Positions 45,631 to 55,825 are shown, counted from the stretch's first letter. The stretch is DNA of 64,000 nt from an uncultured Gemmatimonadaceae bacterium (GCA_963843845.1 CAWJMB010000002.1:1888001-1952000); one strand, 5' to 3'. The notes: generated by a model from the sequence alone, not told the origin. A program made the numbers and translations.

Positions 45631-47262
45631 ATGTCGAACCTGAAGTACCGGCTTCTCGCGATCGCCGCGCTGGTCGCGTTGTCGGTCTTTACGCTGTTCC
45701 CCCGGACGGTCGTCGAGCGCGTCAAGCGCAACGGCGTCTTCGTCACCGATACGGTTCGGCGCTTCCCGCTCAAGCGAGGGCTGGATCTGGCAGGGGGGAT
45801 CTACGTCGCGCTCGACGTCGACGAGTCGAAGGGAGCGATTGCGAACAAGGGCGAAGCACTCGATCGAGCCATCCGCGTCGTCCGGAATCGCATCGACCAG
45901 TTCGGGGTCGCCGAGCCGGTCGTGCAGAAGGCGGGTGACGATCGCATCATCGTCGAGCTCCCGGGCATCGACGACCCGGCCCGTGCCGAAGCGCTCCTCG
46001 GTCAGGCGGCGTTCCTCGAGTTCCAGATCACCGACAAGACGAACGCCCTCGAGCGGTCCCTCCCGCGGCTCGACGCGATCGCGCAGGCGCGACTCGGCGC
46101 GGCTGCACCGATCGTGGCAGGCGACACGGCTCGTCGCGGTAGTGCGGTCGGTGGGCTGCTGAAATCCGCGACGGACACGGCGACGGCGAGCGCGGATACC
46201 GCGAAGGCCTCGCCCGCCGGAGCCTTCACGAAGGCCGTGCAGCCGGCCGGTGCCCCCGGCCAGTACATCGTCGCCGAGTCGGATTACCTGCGGCTCCAGG
46301 ATCTGCTCAACCTGCAGGAGATCCAGGCCGCGATGCCTCCGGGCAAGGTGCTGCGCTGGGGCGCGGACACGGTCATCGTGAACGGCCAGGCATATCGTAC
46401 GCTGTGGGCGCTCGACGCGCGGCCCATCATCACCGGCGACTATCTGCAGTCCGCCCGCCCGTCGACCGATCCCGTCGAAGGCAACACGGTTCAGTTCGAG
46501 ATGAGCCGCGAAGGCGGGCGTCGCTTCCAGAACGAGACTGGAAAGCACGTGAAGGATTACATGGCCGTCGTGCTCGATCAGCGCGTGATCACTGCGCCCA
46601 TCATCGAGACGGCGATCGGATCTCGTGGCCAGATCCGACTCGGCGGCGGGTCGCTGCAGGCCGCCCAGGATCTCGCAATCGTGCTGAACGCCGGTGCGCT
46701 CCCCGTGCCGCTCAAGATCGCCGAGACACGCGAGATCGGGCCCACGCTCGGCCGCGATTCGATCAACCAGGCCATCACCGCCGGCGTCGTCGCGATCGCG
46801 CTCGTGGTCGTGATCATGGTCGGCTATTACCGCTTCGCGGGGATGCTCGCCGTCGGCGGCCTCGTGCTCTACTCGCTGTACACCATGGCGACGCTCGCAG
46901 GCTTCGATGCCAAGCTGACGCTCCCCGGCCTCGCCGGCTTCGTTCTGTCGATCGGTATCGCGGTCGACGCGAACGTGCTGATCTTCGAGCGGATTCGTGA
47001 GGAACTGGACCATGGCAAGGCGATCCGCACCGCGATCGACGAAGGATTCCGCCACGCGATGTCGGCCATCATCGACTCGAACGTGTCGACGGCGCTCACG
47101 GCGCTCGTGCTCTACCAGTACGGCACCGGACCGGTGCGTGGCTTCGCGGTGACGCTGCTCGCCGGCATCGCCGCGTCGATGATCTCTGCCATCTTCGTCG
47201 TTCGAACCTTCTTCCTTGTCTGGCTCAACCGCTCGCAGCGGGTCGAGTCGCTGAGCATCTGA
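45631..47262 (+). CDS. secD: Protein translocase subunit SecD
   Basis: [37 protein letters not shown] and [17 protein letters not shown]. Confidence 0.97.
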   Translation: MSNLKYRLLAIAALVALSVFTLFPRTVVERVKRNGVFVTDTVRRFPLKRGLDLAGGIYVALDVDESKGAIANKGEALDRAIRVVRNRIDQFGVAEPVVQKAGDDRIIVELPGIDDPARAEALLGQAAFLEFQITDKTNALERSLPRLDAIAQARLGAAAPIVAGDTARRGSAVGGLLKSATDTATASADTAKASPAGAFTKAVQPAGAPGQYIVAESDYLRLQDLLNLQEIQAAMPPGKVLRWGADTVIVNGQAYRTLWALDARPIITGDYLQSARPSTDPVEGNTVQFEMSREGGRRFQNETGKHVKDYMAVVLDQRVITAPIIETAIGSRGQIRLGGGSLQAAQDLAIVLNAGALPVPLKIAETREIGPTLGRDSINQAITAGVVAIALVVVIMVGYYRFAGMLAVGGLVLYSLYTMATLAGFDAKLTLPGLAGFVLSIGIAVDANVLIFERIREELDHGKAIRTAIDEGFRHAMSAIIDSNVSTALTALVLYQYGTGPVRGFAVTLLAGIAASMISAIFVVRTFFLVWLNRSQRVESLSI

Positions 47263-47269
47263 GGCGATC

Positions 47270-48313
47270 ATGCTGCGCATCTTCCGCAACACTCGTTACG
47301 ACTTCATCAAGTGGTGGCGCGTCGCGGCCATCGCGACGGCAGTGTTCATCCTGGCGGGCGTGGCGTCGGTGTTCGTCACGGGCGGCATCAAGTACAGCGT
47401 CGATTTCACGGGCGGGACGCTGATCCAGTTGCAGTTCGCCCAGCCCACGGACGTCGGGCAGATTCGCGCGGCGGCGCAGAGCGCCGGCGTTCGCGAACCA
47501 GCGATCACGCAGTTCGGCACCGATCGCGAGTACATCGTTCGGGCCGAGAATGGCGAGGCGGAGGCCGAGGCGTCGCAGGGCGGGGCAGGGTCGGTCTCGC
47601 GGCGCATCCAGGCTGCGCTGACGCAGCGGTTCGGCGCGAACAGCTTCCAGGTCGTGCGCACCGAGGCGGTCGGCGCGCGCGTCGGCGCGGAGCTGCAGCG
47701 CGGGGCCATCATCGCCGTGCTCGTCTCCTTCGTGCTGACGCTCCTCTACCTGGCGATCCGCTTCGAGTGGCGATTCGGCGTCTCCGCCGTCGCCGCCACC
47801 GCGCACGACGTCCTGGCGACGCTCGCGTTCATCAAGCTGATGGACATCGAGATCTCGCTCACGGTCATCGCCGCGATCCTGACGGTCCTCGGCTACTCGC
47901 TGAACGACACCATCGTGATCTTCGACCGTGTGCGCGAGCACATGCGTCGCATGCGGAGGGGCGAGAGCTGGTACGACATGGTCAACCAGTCGGTCAACGA
48001 GACGCTGCCGCGCTCCGTGCTCACACACGCCACGGCGGCCGCAGCGACGCTCGCGCTGCTGCTCTTCGCGGGACCGGTCATCCGACCCTTCGCGTGGGTC
48101 ATGCTGTTCGGGATCGTGACCGGCACCTTCAGCTCGGTGTACGTGGCGTCGGCGATCCTCGTCTGGATCGAGCGCAAGTATCCGCGCTCGGCGACGGCAT
48201 CCACGGGCTCGTCCTCCGGGCAGGCTACATCGAGCACCGGGAACGCGTCGCCGCGCGGGGGGGCGACGGCCGAGCCACGCACGCCGCCCGGCCGCGCACT
48301 CGGCGCGCGCTGA
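47270..48313 (+). CDS. secF: Protein translocase subunit SecF
   Basis: DFTGG, IRFEW, HD, GYSLNDTIVIFDRVRE and ETLPRS. Confidence 0.97.
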   Translation: MLRIFRNTRYDFIKWWRVAAIATAVFILAGVASVFVTGGIKYSVDFTGGTLIQLQFAQPTDVGQIRAAAQSAGVREPAITQFGTDREYIVRAENGEAEAEASQGGAGSVSRRIQAALTQRFGANSFQVVRTEAVGARVGAELQRGAIIAVLVSFVLTLLYLAIRFEWRFGVSAVAATAHDVLATLAFIKLMDIEISLTVIAAILTVLGYSLNDTIVIFDRVREHMRRMRRGESWYDMVNQSVNETLPRSVLTHATAAAATLALLLFAGPVIRPFAWVMLFGIVTGTFSSVYVASAILVWIERKYPRSATASTGSSSGQATSSTGNASPRGGATAEPRTPPGRALGAR

Positions 48314-48399
48314 CCGACGCCGATCGTTCGGCGGGTCGAGACCGCCGCCATGATCGGTGGCGGTCTCGCGGCGTCTGGGGCATTCGTTCTCAACGCGCG

Positions 48400-49188
48400 A
48401 TGCAGTTCGTCGACAGCCACGCGCATCTAGCCGATCACGCGTTCGACGCGGATCGCGACGCGGTGATCGCGCGCGCCAGGGAGAGTGGTGCGCACGCGAT
48501 CGTCTGCATCGGCGAGTCGCTCAGCGCCGCGGCACGCGCGCGCGCAATCGCGTCCCGCTATCCCGGATTCGTCTCGTTCACCGCCGGCGTCCATCCGCAC
48601 GACGCCGCGGAGTTTGACGAGGCGCGCGACCTGCCTGCGATCCGACGCGAGCTCGACGCCGGCGCCGTGGCGGTCGGGGAGTGCGGCCTCGACTACCACT
48701 ACGACCACGCACCGCGCGCGAAGCAGCTCATCGCGTTCGAAGCGCAGCTCGCCCTCGCCGCAGACCTCCGTCGCCCCGTCGTCGTGCACACGCGCGAGGC
48801 CGAGCAGGACACGCGAACGCTCGTCGATCGCGCGGCGCGGGTGGGCGTCGTCGGCGTTCTCCACTGCTACACGGGGTCCGCCGAGCTCGCGCAGTTCGCG
48901 ATCGACCTCGGCTGGTACGTGTCGTTCAGCGGAATCGTCACGTTCCGCAAGTGGACCGATGAGGCCCTGCTGCGACTCGTCCCCGACGACCGCCTGCTCG
49001 TCGAGTCGGACGCTCCATACCTCGCTCCCGTCCCGAATCGCGGGCGGCGCAACGAGCCGGGCTGGGTCGTGCACACTGTCGCGCGCCTCGCGGCGGTGCG
49101 CGGTGGTGATGCAGAAACGCTCGGCCGCGAGACGGCGCGCAACGCGGCTCGCTTGTTCGGCCTGGCGACGACGGCCAGCGTTCCCTAG
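48400..49188 (+). CDS. tatD: TatD family nuclease
   Basis: DSHAHL, GVHPH, GECGLDY, VHTREA, LHCY and ESDAPYLAP. Confidence 0.93.
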   Translation: MQFVDSHAHLADHAFDADRDAVIARARESGAHAIVCIGESLSAAARARAIASRYPGFVSFTAGVHPHDAAEFDEARDLPAIRRELDAGAVAVGECGLDYHYDHAPRAKQLIAFEAQLALAADLRRPVVVHTREAEQDTRTLVDRAARVGVVGVLHCYTGSAELAQFAIDLGWYVSFSGIVTFRKWTDEALLRLVPDDRLLVESDAPYLAPVPNRGRRNEPGWVVHTVARLAAVRGGDAETLGRETARNAARLFGLATTASVP

Positions 49189-49248
49189 ACTGCCGCGCGC
49201 ACCGCGGCGCCTGCCGCGACCCCGAAACTCTCACACGACGACAGCTCC

Positions 49249-49650
49249 GTGGCCGACTCCCGACTGACGACCATTCACACCGACTCCGCCCCCGGCGCGA
49301 TCGGTCCGTACGCGCAGGCTGTCGCCGCGAACGGGTTTCTCTTCACCGCCGGTCAGATCGCGCTGGACCCGGCCACGATGCAGATCGTCGAGGGCGACGT
49401 CGCGGCGCAAGCGACGCAGGTGATGAGGAATCTGACCGCCGTTCTCACCGCTGCCGGTACATCGTGGGAGTCGGTCGTCAAGACGACGATCTTCCTCGCC
49501 GACATGGCCGACTTCGCGACGGTGAACGAGGTCTATGGCGGGACGTTAGGCACATCGCGCCCGGCGCGGTCGACGGTTGCCGTCGCCGGCCTACCGCGCA
49601 ACGTGCGCGTCGAGATCGAAGTCGTCGCGCTGCTGCCCGCAGGTCACTGA
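49249..49650 (+). CDS. ridA: RidA/YjgF family deaminase
   Basis: APGAIGPYAQA, GQIALDP, PARSTV and VEIE. Confidence 0.92.
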   Translation: MADSRLTTIHTDSAPGAIGPYAQAVAANGFLFTAGQIALDPATMQIVEGDVAAQATQVMRNLTAVLTAAGTSWESVVKTTIFLADMADFATVNEVYGGTLGTSRPARSTVAVAGLPRNVRVEIEVVALLPAGH

Positions 49651-49661
49651 ACATCCGCACG

Positions 49662-50318
49662 GTGCGCCGCTGGACGGGTGGGCTCGGCGTCGCGCTCTGC
49701 GTCGCCGGGTCCGCGAGCTCGCTGTCGGCGCAGCAACCCCCGCAGCCACCGTCGCAACCGCCCGTGCGCGTCGACACGGCGGTCGTGCGCGGCGACACGT
49801 CGGGCAGCCGCGCCACGCCGCCGCAGTCGCTCCCGCCGCGGCGACCCCGCGCCGTCGCTGCGCGCCCGCTCGTCCGCCCTCCGCTCTCGCCCCGGCGCGC
49901 GCTGCTCTACTCGCTCGCCATGCCCGGGCTCGGCCAGGTGCGACTGGATCGGGCGACGACCGGCGCATTCTTCGTCGCCGTCGAAGCCGCGGCGTTCGCG
50001 ATGGTCGCGAAGTCCGCGTTCGACCTCCGCGAGGCGAAGACATTCCGGGGCGACAGTCTGCTCGTCACGAGCTATCCGGTCGACTCGCTGGGCGCGCCTG
50101 TGACGCCGACGACCGGCGACGCGCGCAATTCGTTCTCGTCGGCGCTCGTTCGCGCTCGTCGTGTCCATCTGGAAGACTGGCTCGCCGTCATCGCGTTCAA
50201 TCATCTGATCGCCGGCGCCGAAGCGTTCGTCTCGGCCAACCTCTGGAGCGTACCTGCCGAAGTGTCGGTCGAGCCCAGCCGGCGCGGTCCGGTCGTCGCC
50301 GTCCGCGCGCGGTGGTAG
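49662..50318 (+). CDS. Exported hypothetical protein (DUF5683-like)
   Basis: Signal peptide, Pro-rich linker, PRRALLYSLAMPGLGQ motif and EAFVSANL near the C-terminus. Confidence 0.6.
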   Translation: MRRWTGGLGVALCVAGSASSLSAQQPPQPPSQPPVRVDTAVVRGDTSGSRATPPQSLPPRRPRAVAARPLVRPPLSPRRALLYSLAMPGLGQVRLDRATTGAFFVAVEAAAFAMVAKSAFDLREAKTFRGDSLLVTSYPVDSLGAPVTPTTGDARNSFSSALVRARRVHLEDWLAVIAFNHLIAGAEAFVSANLWSVPAEVSVEPSRRGPVVAVRARW

Positions 50319-50323
50319 GCCGG

Positions 50324-51139
50324 GTGGATCGTCACACCGATCCTGCGGCGCCGATCGGCGTCTTCGATTCCGGCATCGGGGGGCTGACCGTCGTCCGCGA
50401 GCTGATGCGACAGCTCCCGAACGAGTCGATCGTGTATTTCGGCGATACTGCGCGCGTGCCGTACGGGCCGAAGAGTCCCGAGACGGTTCGCCGCTACAGC
50501 CGCGAGATCGGCGCCTTCTTGTTGGAGCAGGGCGTGAAGGCGATCGTCGTCGCGTGCAACACCGCGACGGCCCACGCGCTCCCCACCTTGCGCGACGAGC
50601 TGCCGGTGCCGGTCGTCGGTGTCGTCGAGCCGGGCGCGCGCGCTGCAGTTCGCGCATCGCGTACGGGCGAGATCGGCGTGATCGGGACGGTCGGTACGGT
50701 GAACTCGGGTGCGTACGAGCGAGCGATCCATGCGATCGCGCCGCACGCGCGGATCCGCGCGCTTCCCTGTCCGCTGTTCGTGCCGCTCGTGGAGGAAGGG
50801 TGGACAGATCACGCGGCCACGCAGCTGATCGCTGGCGAGTACCTTCGTCCGCTCGTGAGCTCCCATGTCGACACGCTCGTGCTCGGCTGCACGCACTACC
50901 CGCTGCTGAAAGCAGCGATCGGAGACGTGGTCGGGCGCTCCGTCCGGCTCATCGACAGCGCCGCCGAGACCGCGGCGGAGACGGGGCGTGTGCTCGCGGA
51001 GCGCGCCGTCTGTGCGGAGCCCGGATCGGTCGTTCGCCACCGCTTCGTGGCGAGCGACGCGCCCGAGCATTTCTCACGGATGGCCAGCCGTTTCCTCGGC
51101 GAGCCGGTCGAGCGCGTCGAGACGGTCACCCTGGGGTGA
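50324..51139 (+). CDS. murI: Glutamate racemase
   Basis: IGVFDSGIGGLTV, PYGPKS, ACNTA and LGCTHYP. Confidence 0.97.
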   Translation: MDRHTDPAAPIGVFDSGIGGLTVVRELMRQLPNESIVYFGDTARVPYGPKSPETVRRYSREIGAFLLEQGVKAIVVACNTATAHALPTLRDELPVPVVGVVEPGARAAVRASRTGEIGVIGTVGTVNSGAYERAIHAIAPHARIRALPCPLFVPLVEEGWTDHAATQLIAGEYLRPLVSSHVDTLVLGCTHYPLLKAAIGDVVGRSVRLIDSAAETAAETGRVLAERAVCAEPGSVVRHRFVASDAPEHFSRMASRFLGEPVERVETVTLG

Positions 51140-51862
51140 GCCGGTCCATCGACACGCCGCCACCGCGCGCGCGTCGATCCGGAGATAGGTCGGCGCGTCC
51201 AGCCACGCTCCGGGATTCGCGAACACACTGCCGCGCGGTCCGCGCTCGAGGGCGCGCACGTGGGAGTGGCCGTACACCACGAGCTCTAGGCGCGCGTCGC
51301 GGCCGAGCGTGTCGAGCGCGACGCGTCGAAGCCCGGCACCGCCGTCTCCGGGTCCGAGCCGCCGACTCGTGTGCGAGCTCCCGGAGGCGACGCGAGTCGC
51401 GAAGTCGGGGTGCAGCACGCGGAACGCTCGGATCGCCAGCGGGCTTCGCAGCACGCGTCGGAGCGCGCGATACGGACGATCCTCTTTCGCCCGCAGTCCG
51501 TCGCCGTGCTCGATGCGCGCTCGCCACCCGGCGAGGCTTCCCTCCCACGCACCGACGTGGAACTCCACGCCGACGTCGGCGCGGAGGATCTCGCCGCCCC
51601 AGCAGTCGTGGTTGCCAGCGATCCAGAGCACCTGGACCCCGCTCTCGCGCAGGTCGGCCAGCGCGGCGAGAACCCGGTAGCCGCGCCGCGGCATCACGTG
51701 CTTCCACTCGAACCAGAAGTCGAAGAGATCGCCGTTCACGACGAGCGACCCGGCCGAGTCGTGCAAGCTGCGGAGGAAATCGATCAACTCGCGCTCGCGC
51801 TCGGGTGAGGCGACGCCGAGATGCGCATCGGAGAACAGGTAACAGGGGCCAGGGAGCTGCAC
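51074..51862 (-). CDS. lpxH: UDP-2,3-diacylglucosamine diphosphatase (LpxH-like metallophosphoesterase)
   Basis: SDAHLG, GDLFDFWFE, GNHD, HGD, GHSH and NPGAW. Confidence 0.85.
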   Translation of the reverse strand: MQLPGPCYLFSDAHLGVASPERERELIDFLRSLHDSAGSLVVNGDLFDFWFEWKHVMPRRGYRVLAALADLRESGVQVLWIAGNHDCWGGEILRADVGVEFHVGAWEGSLAGWRARIEHGDGLRAKEDRPYRALRRVLRSPLAIRAFRVLHPDFATRVASGSSHTSRRLGPGDGGAGLRRVALDTLGRDARLELVVYGHSHVRALERGPRGSVFANPGAWLDAPTYLRIDARAVAACRWTGSPQGDRLDALDRLAEETAGHP

Positions 51863-51994
51863 GTGGCCAAGTCTACCGCGCGCGCCCGAGACGACCAACC
51901 GCGGACTCGTCGCCGTCGGGTGGACAATCGACGTCGGCTGCGGCGATCTTGTGCGCTTCGAGCGCACTCCGTTCCCATCCCTTTTCTCCGCCGC

Positions 51995-52417
51995 GTGCCG
52001 CACGTCCAGACCAGCGAGCTCCGCGTTCGCTATGCGGAAACCGATCGGATGGGGGTCGTGTATCACGCGAACTATCTCGTGTGGTGTGAGGTCGGGCGTA
52101 CGGAGTTCATCCGCGCGAGCGGCGCGCGCGGCACGAGCTATCGCGAGCTGGAGGAGTCGGGAGTCGGTCTCGCCGTCGCCGACGCGGCCCTCCGCTACCA
52201 TGCACCAGCGCGCTACGATGACCTCATCCGAGTTCAAACGACGTTGACCGACGTACGCTCCCGGACCGTGACCTTCGAGTACGTGATCACGCGCGTCTCC
52301 GACGATGCGAGACTCGTGACCGCGGCCACGCGCCTCGTGGCGATCGACCGCGAAGGCCGCCCGATGTCGCTCCCCCGCGCGGTCCGCACGACGTTGGAGA
52401 GCGTACGTGCGCCGTGA
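51995..52417 (+). CDS. Acyl-CoA thioesterase (YbgC/FadM hot-dog family)
   Basis: RVRYAETDRMGVVYHANYL.W.EVGR and PARYDD. Confidence 0.92.
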   Translation: MPHVQTSELRVRYAETDRMGVVYHANYLVWCEVGRTEFIRASGARGTSYRELEESGVGLAVADAALRYHAPARYDDLIRVQTTLTDVRSRTVTFEYVITRVSDDARLVTAATRLVAIDREGRPMSLPRAVRTTLESVRAP

Positions 52418-53054
52418 CACGCTCGTCGCGGCGCTCGCGACGCTTGCCACGCTCGCGTCGGCCGCCGCGTGCGCGCCGCGTGCCGGCCAGCTCACCGGGG
52501 CCCTGACTCCCCAGGTACGCCTGCCTCCGAGCGCCCTTCCCGCGGGCTCGCATCGCGTCACGTTCGAATGGGAGTACCGCGAACAGGACGGCTTCTCGGC
52601 GCGCGGGGATGGGGTCGCGCGCGTGTCGGCGCCTGATAGCGCGCGCATGGACTTCTTCGTGACCGGCGGCTTCGGCGGCGGCTGGGCGCTGCTCCTCGGC
52701 GACGCGCTCACGATCCCGGGGCCGGACTTCGTACGTCGCTTCATCCCCCCGCCGCCGCTGCTCTGGGCCGCGCTCGGCCGCCTCGCCGTTCCGGCGGCGA
52801 CCGACACCACTGCGCGGACGCATGGCGACACGCTGCGTGCCGACATCGGTCACGACCCGACCTGGCGCGTGACCTTCGTCGGCTCAGCGCTCTCGCGCGT
52901 CGAGCGCATCGACGGCGGTCGCATCGTCGAGTGGCTCGCCCGCGACAGCACGCGGCTGCGCTACGAGAACGAGGCCGGACGTCGTTCGCTGACGCTCCGC
53001 GTTCAGCGCGTCGAGCGGGTGAGCGGTTTCGACTCGTCTATCTGGAGTCGCTAG
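52407..53054 (+). CDS. Hypothetical lipoprotein (possibly LolB/DUF4292-like fold)
   Basis: Signal peptide with lipobox SAAAC and a beta-rich mature region. Confidence 0.65.
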   Translation: MRRDTLVAALATLATLASAAACAPRAGQLTGALTPQVRLPPSALPAGSHRVTFEWEYREQDGFSARGDGVARVSAPDSARMDFFVTGGFGGGWALLLGDALTIPGPDFVRRFIPPPPLLWAALGRLAVPAATDTTARTHGDTLRADIGHDPTWRVTFVGSALSRVERIDGGRIVEWLARDSTRLRYENEAGRRSLTLRVQRVERVSGFDSSIWSR

Positions 53055-53064
53055 GCATCCGCGA

Positions 53065-53631
53065 ATGAGGCGCGCTGCGATGATTGAAACGTTCAGCTGG
53101 AAACCGGCTCGTCGCTCCGTTCGCGTACGTCGGTCGCTCGCTGCCGGCGCCGCGCTGATCTGCGTCGCATTCGGCGGCTGCCGCTTCAGCCCCTACAAGT
53201 TCGCCGGAGGTGGATTCCCGCCGAACGTCCGCACGGTCGCGGTGCTGCCGTTCGACAACGAGACGCCGGTGCCGGAGCTGCAGCGCGAGCTGTTCGAGGC
53301 GATGCGCCGGGCGATGACGAATCGGCTCAACCTGCGCGAGTCCGCGGAGTCGAAGGCGGACGCGGTCGTGCGGGGCACGATCCTGAAGTACGAGGTCGAC
53401 GTGCCGATCGCGTTCAGCGCGGATCCGCGGCAGGCCACGACGGCGCGCCGTCAGCTGCAGCTCGTCGTCGACGTCTCGATCATCGATCAGCGTGATGGCA
53501 AGACGTTGCTCGAGCGCAAGGGGCTGACGGCGAAAGGCGAGTACGCCGAGCGCGACGAGGCCGGTGGACGGCGCGAGGCCATCACGCGCGTGATCAACGA
53601 CATCATCGAAGGCGCGCAGTCGCAGTGGTGA
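53065..53631 (+). CDS. lptE: LptE-family LPS assembly lipoprotein
   Basis: Lipobox FGGC, Y.F.GG..P...TVAVLPFDNET, ADAV.RGTI and C-terminal W. Confidence 0.75.
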   Translation: MRRAAMIETFSWKPARRSVRVRRSLAAGAALICVAFGGCRFSPYKFAGGGFPPNVRTVAVLPFDNETPVPELQRELFEAMRRAMTNRLNLRESAESKADAVVRGTILKYEVDVPIAFSADPRQATTARRQLQLVVDVSIIDQRDGKTLLERKGLTAKGEYAERDEAGGRREAITRVINDIIEGAQSQW

Positions 53632-54125
53632 GCGCGTTCGCGCCGCCCGCGGCCTTCGACCCCGCCCGCAAGGTGATGACGTGGCACGCGGCCCGTGTGT
53701 GGCGTGAAGCGGCCGCCGGCCGCGTCGTGTTCACGAACGGCGTCTTCGACCTGCTCCACCCCGGCCACGTCGACGTGCTCGTCGGCGCGCGCCGTGCTGG
53801 CGACGCGCTCGTCGTCGGCATCAACAGCGACGCGTCGGTCCGGCGCCTCAAGGGCCCGACGCGTCCGGTCCGGAGCGAGGCAGAGCGAGCGTACGTGCTC
53901 GCCGCGTTCGAGGCCGTCGACGCGGTCGTCGTGTTCGACGAGGACACGCCGCTCGAGCTCGTCCGCACGCTCGCGCCGGACGTCATCGTCAAGGGCGGAG
54001 ACTACGACGAGTCGACGATCGTCGGGGCGTCTGAGGTCCGCGCGCGCGGCGGCCAGGTCGTCATCATCCCCCTGACCCCCGGTCAGTCCACCACCTCCAT
54101 CATCGAGAGACTCCGTGGCGCCTGA
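53628..54125 (+). CDS. D-glycero-beta-D-manno-heptose 1-phosphate adenylyltransferase (stand-alone RfaE domain II)
   Basis: [39 protein letters not shown] and STT.II. Confidence 0.92.
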   Translation: MSAFAPPAAFDPARKVMTWHAARVWREAAAGRVVFTNGVFDLLHPGHVDVLVGARRAGDALVVGINSDASVRRLKGPTRPVRSEAERAYVLAAFEAVDAVVVFDEDTPLELVRTLAPDVIVKGGDYDESTIVGASEVRARGGQVVIIPLTPGQSTTSIIERLRGA

Positions 54126-54858
54126 CACCGAGGTTGGATCGCGGGCCGACGCCCGAGCGGCCGATGTGCTTCGTCCCCTCTCGCTCGAGCGCAACGTCGC
54201 CGAGTACGCCGAGGGCAGCTGCCTCGTCTCGTTCGGGAAGACGCGCGTGCTGTGTACTGCGAGCGTCGAAGCCGGCGTTCCCGGTTGGCGGAAGGGTCGC
54301 GGCGAGGGGTGGTTGACAGCCGAATACGCGATGCTGCCCCGCGCGACGCGGACTCGCACCTCACGGGAGCGCGCCCAGTTGGGCGGGCGTACGCAGGAGA
54401 TCCAGAGGCTGATCGGCAGAAGCATGCGTGCGATGCTCGACGACTTCCGCTTCGGCGAGCATACGGTGAAGGTCGACTGCGACGTCTTACAAGCGGACGG
54501 CGGTACGCGCACCGCAGCGATTACCGGCGCCGCCGTCGCCGTCGCTGACGCCTTCGACGAGATGGTGCGTCGACAGGTGTTGCGGGCGTCGCCAGTGAGG
54601 CGCCTGGTCGCCGCGATCAGCGTGGGTGTGGTGGACGGCATGCCGATGCTCGACCTCGACTACGACGAGGATGTGCGCGCCGCCGTGGACATGAACGTCG
54701 TGATGAGCGAGGGTGGGCGCTTCGTCGAGGTACAGGGCACCGGCGAGCACGGAACGTTCGATCGCGACGAGTTGAACGCGCTGCTCGACCTCGCGGTCGG
54801 CGGGATCCGGCAGCTCGACTCGGCGCAGCGAAACGCTCGCGTCGCGCCGCCCGGGTGA
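54115..54858 (+). CDS. rph: Ribonuclease PH
   Basis: [44 protein letters not shown] and EVQGTGE. Confidence 0.97.
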   Translation: MAPDTEVGSRADARAADVLRPLSLERNVAEYAEGSCLVSFGKTRVLCTASVEAGVPGWRKGRGEGWLTAEYAMLPRATRTRTSRERAQLGGRTQEIQRLIGRSMRAMLDDFRFGEHTVKVDCDVLQADGGTRTAAITGAAVAVADAFDEMVRRQVLRASPVRRLVAAISVGVVDGMPMLDLDYDEDVRAAVDMNVVMSEGGRFVEVQGTGEHGTFDRDELNALLDLAVGGIRQLDSAQRNARVAPPG

Positions 54859-55493
54859 TGTCTGCCCGAACGCTGCTCGTCGCGACGCGGAATCCGGGGA
54901 AGCTCGTCGAGCTGCGCGACCTGTTCGATGCGATCGGCGTCGCCCTGATCGATCTCGACGCCGCCGGGCTTCCCGAGTCGCGCGAGGAAGACGCGCTCGA
55001 GGCGTATGACACATTCGAGGCCAACGCCCTCGCGAAGGCGAGCTACTTCCACGCCCGATCGGGCCTGCCGACAGTCGCCGACGACTCGGGCCTCGCAGTC
55101 CGGGCGCTCGGCGGTGCTCCCGGCGTGCACAGCAAGCGCTACTCGGGGGTCCAGGGCTCGTCGGACGCGGTCGCCCAGGCGAACAACGCGAAGCTGATGG
55201 CCGCGCTCGAGGGACACGCTGAGCGCGGTGCCTCCTTCGTGTGCGCCGCTGCTTATGTGGATGACGCGACGCGCGTGGTGACGCGCGGGGAAGTGCAGGG
55301 TCGCGTCGAGACCGTCGGTCGGGGGCACGGCGGCTTCGGCTACGACCCGTACTTCTTCTCCGACGAGATCGGCAAGACGTTCGCTGAGGCGAGCGTGCGG
55401 GAGAAAGGTGCGGTGAGTCACCGCGCGAGGGCGTTCACCGCGCTCGTCGCTCGGTTACGCGAAGCGAGCGAACTCGGCCTCGGCTCCGGTTGA
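54858..55493 (+). CDS. rdgB: dITP/XTP pyrophosphatase
   Basis: ATRNPGK, ADDSGL, APGVHS.RY, GFGYDP and SHR. Confidence 0.95.
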   Translation: MSARTLLVATRNPGKLVELRDLFDAIGVALIDLDAAGLPESREEDALEAYDTFEANALAKASYFHARSGLPTVADDSGLAVRALGGAPGVHSKRYSGVQGSSDAVAQANNAKLMAALEGHAERGASFVCAAAYVDDATRVVTRGEVQGRVETVGRGHGGFGYDPYFFSDEIGKTFAEASVREKGAVSHRARAFTALVARLREASELGLGSG

Positions 55494-55518
55494 CGGTGCA
55501 CGTGGTCAGCCGTAGACT
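55490..55518 (+). promoter_or_regulatory. sigma70-type promoter of the tRNA cluster
   Basis: TTGACG, 17-nt spacer, TAGACT, 16 nt upstream of tRNA-Pro. Confidence 0.8.
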
Positions 55519-55534
55519 GCCAGCCGTCGTACCG

Positions 55535-55608
55535 CGGGGCGTAGCGTAGCCCGGTATCGCGCCTGCTTTGGGAGCAGGAGGTCGCTGGTTCGAATCCAGT
55601 CGCCCCGA
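55535..55608 (+). tRNA. tRNA-Pro(TGG)
   Basis: Cloverleaf with anticodon arm CCTGC-TT-TGG-GA-GCAGG and T-arm GGTTCGAATCC. No encoded CCA. Confidence 0.95.
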
Positions 55609-55641
55609 CGTTGGTGAGGGACGGCGCTCGCCGCGCCGTGA

Positions 55642-55715
55642 GCGCCAGTAGCTCAGGTGGATAGAGCGACAGCCTTCTAAGCTGTGGGTCGGGGGTTCGA
55701 GTCCCTCCTGGCGCG
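55642..55715 (+). tRNA. tRNA-Arg(TCT)
   Basis: Anticodon arm ACAGC-CT-TCT-AA-GCTGT and GGTTCGAGTCC. No encoded CCA. Confidence 0.95.
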
Positions 55716-55747
55716 TCGGCTTCGCGCTGTGTAGGTTCGTAGAGTTC

Positions 55748-55819
55748 GCACCGCTAGCTCAATGGTGGAGCAGCTGACTCTTAATCAGTAGGTTCTAGGT
55801 TCGAGTCCTAGGCGGTGCA
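55748..55819 (+). tRNA. tRNA-Lys(CTT)
   Basis: Anticodon arm GCTGA-CT-CTT-AA-TCAGT and GGTTCGAGTCC. No encoded CCA. Confidence 0.93.
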
Positions 55820-55825
55820 TGCGTG

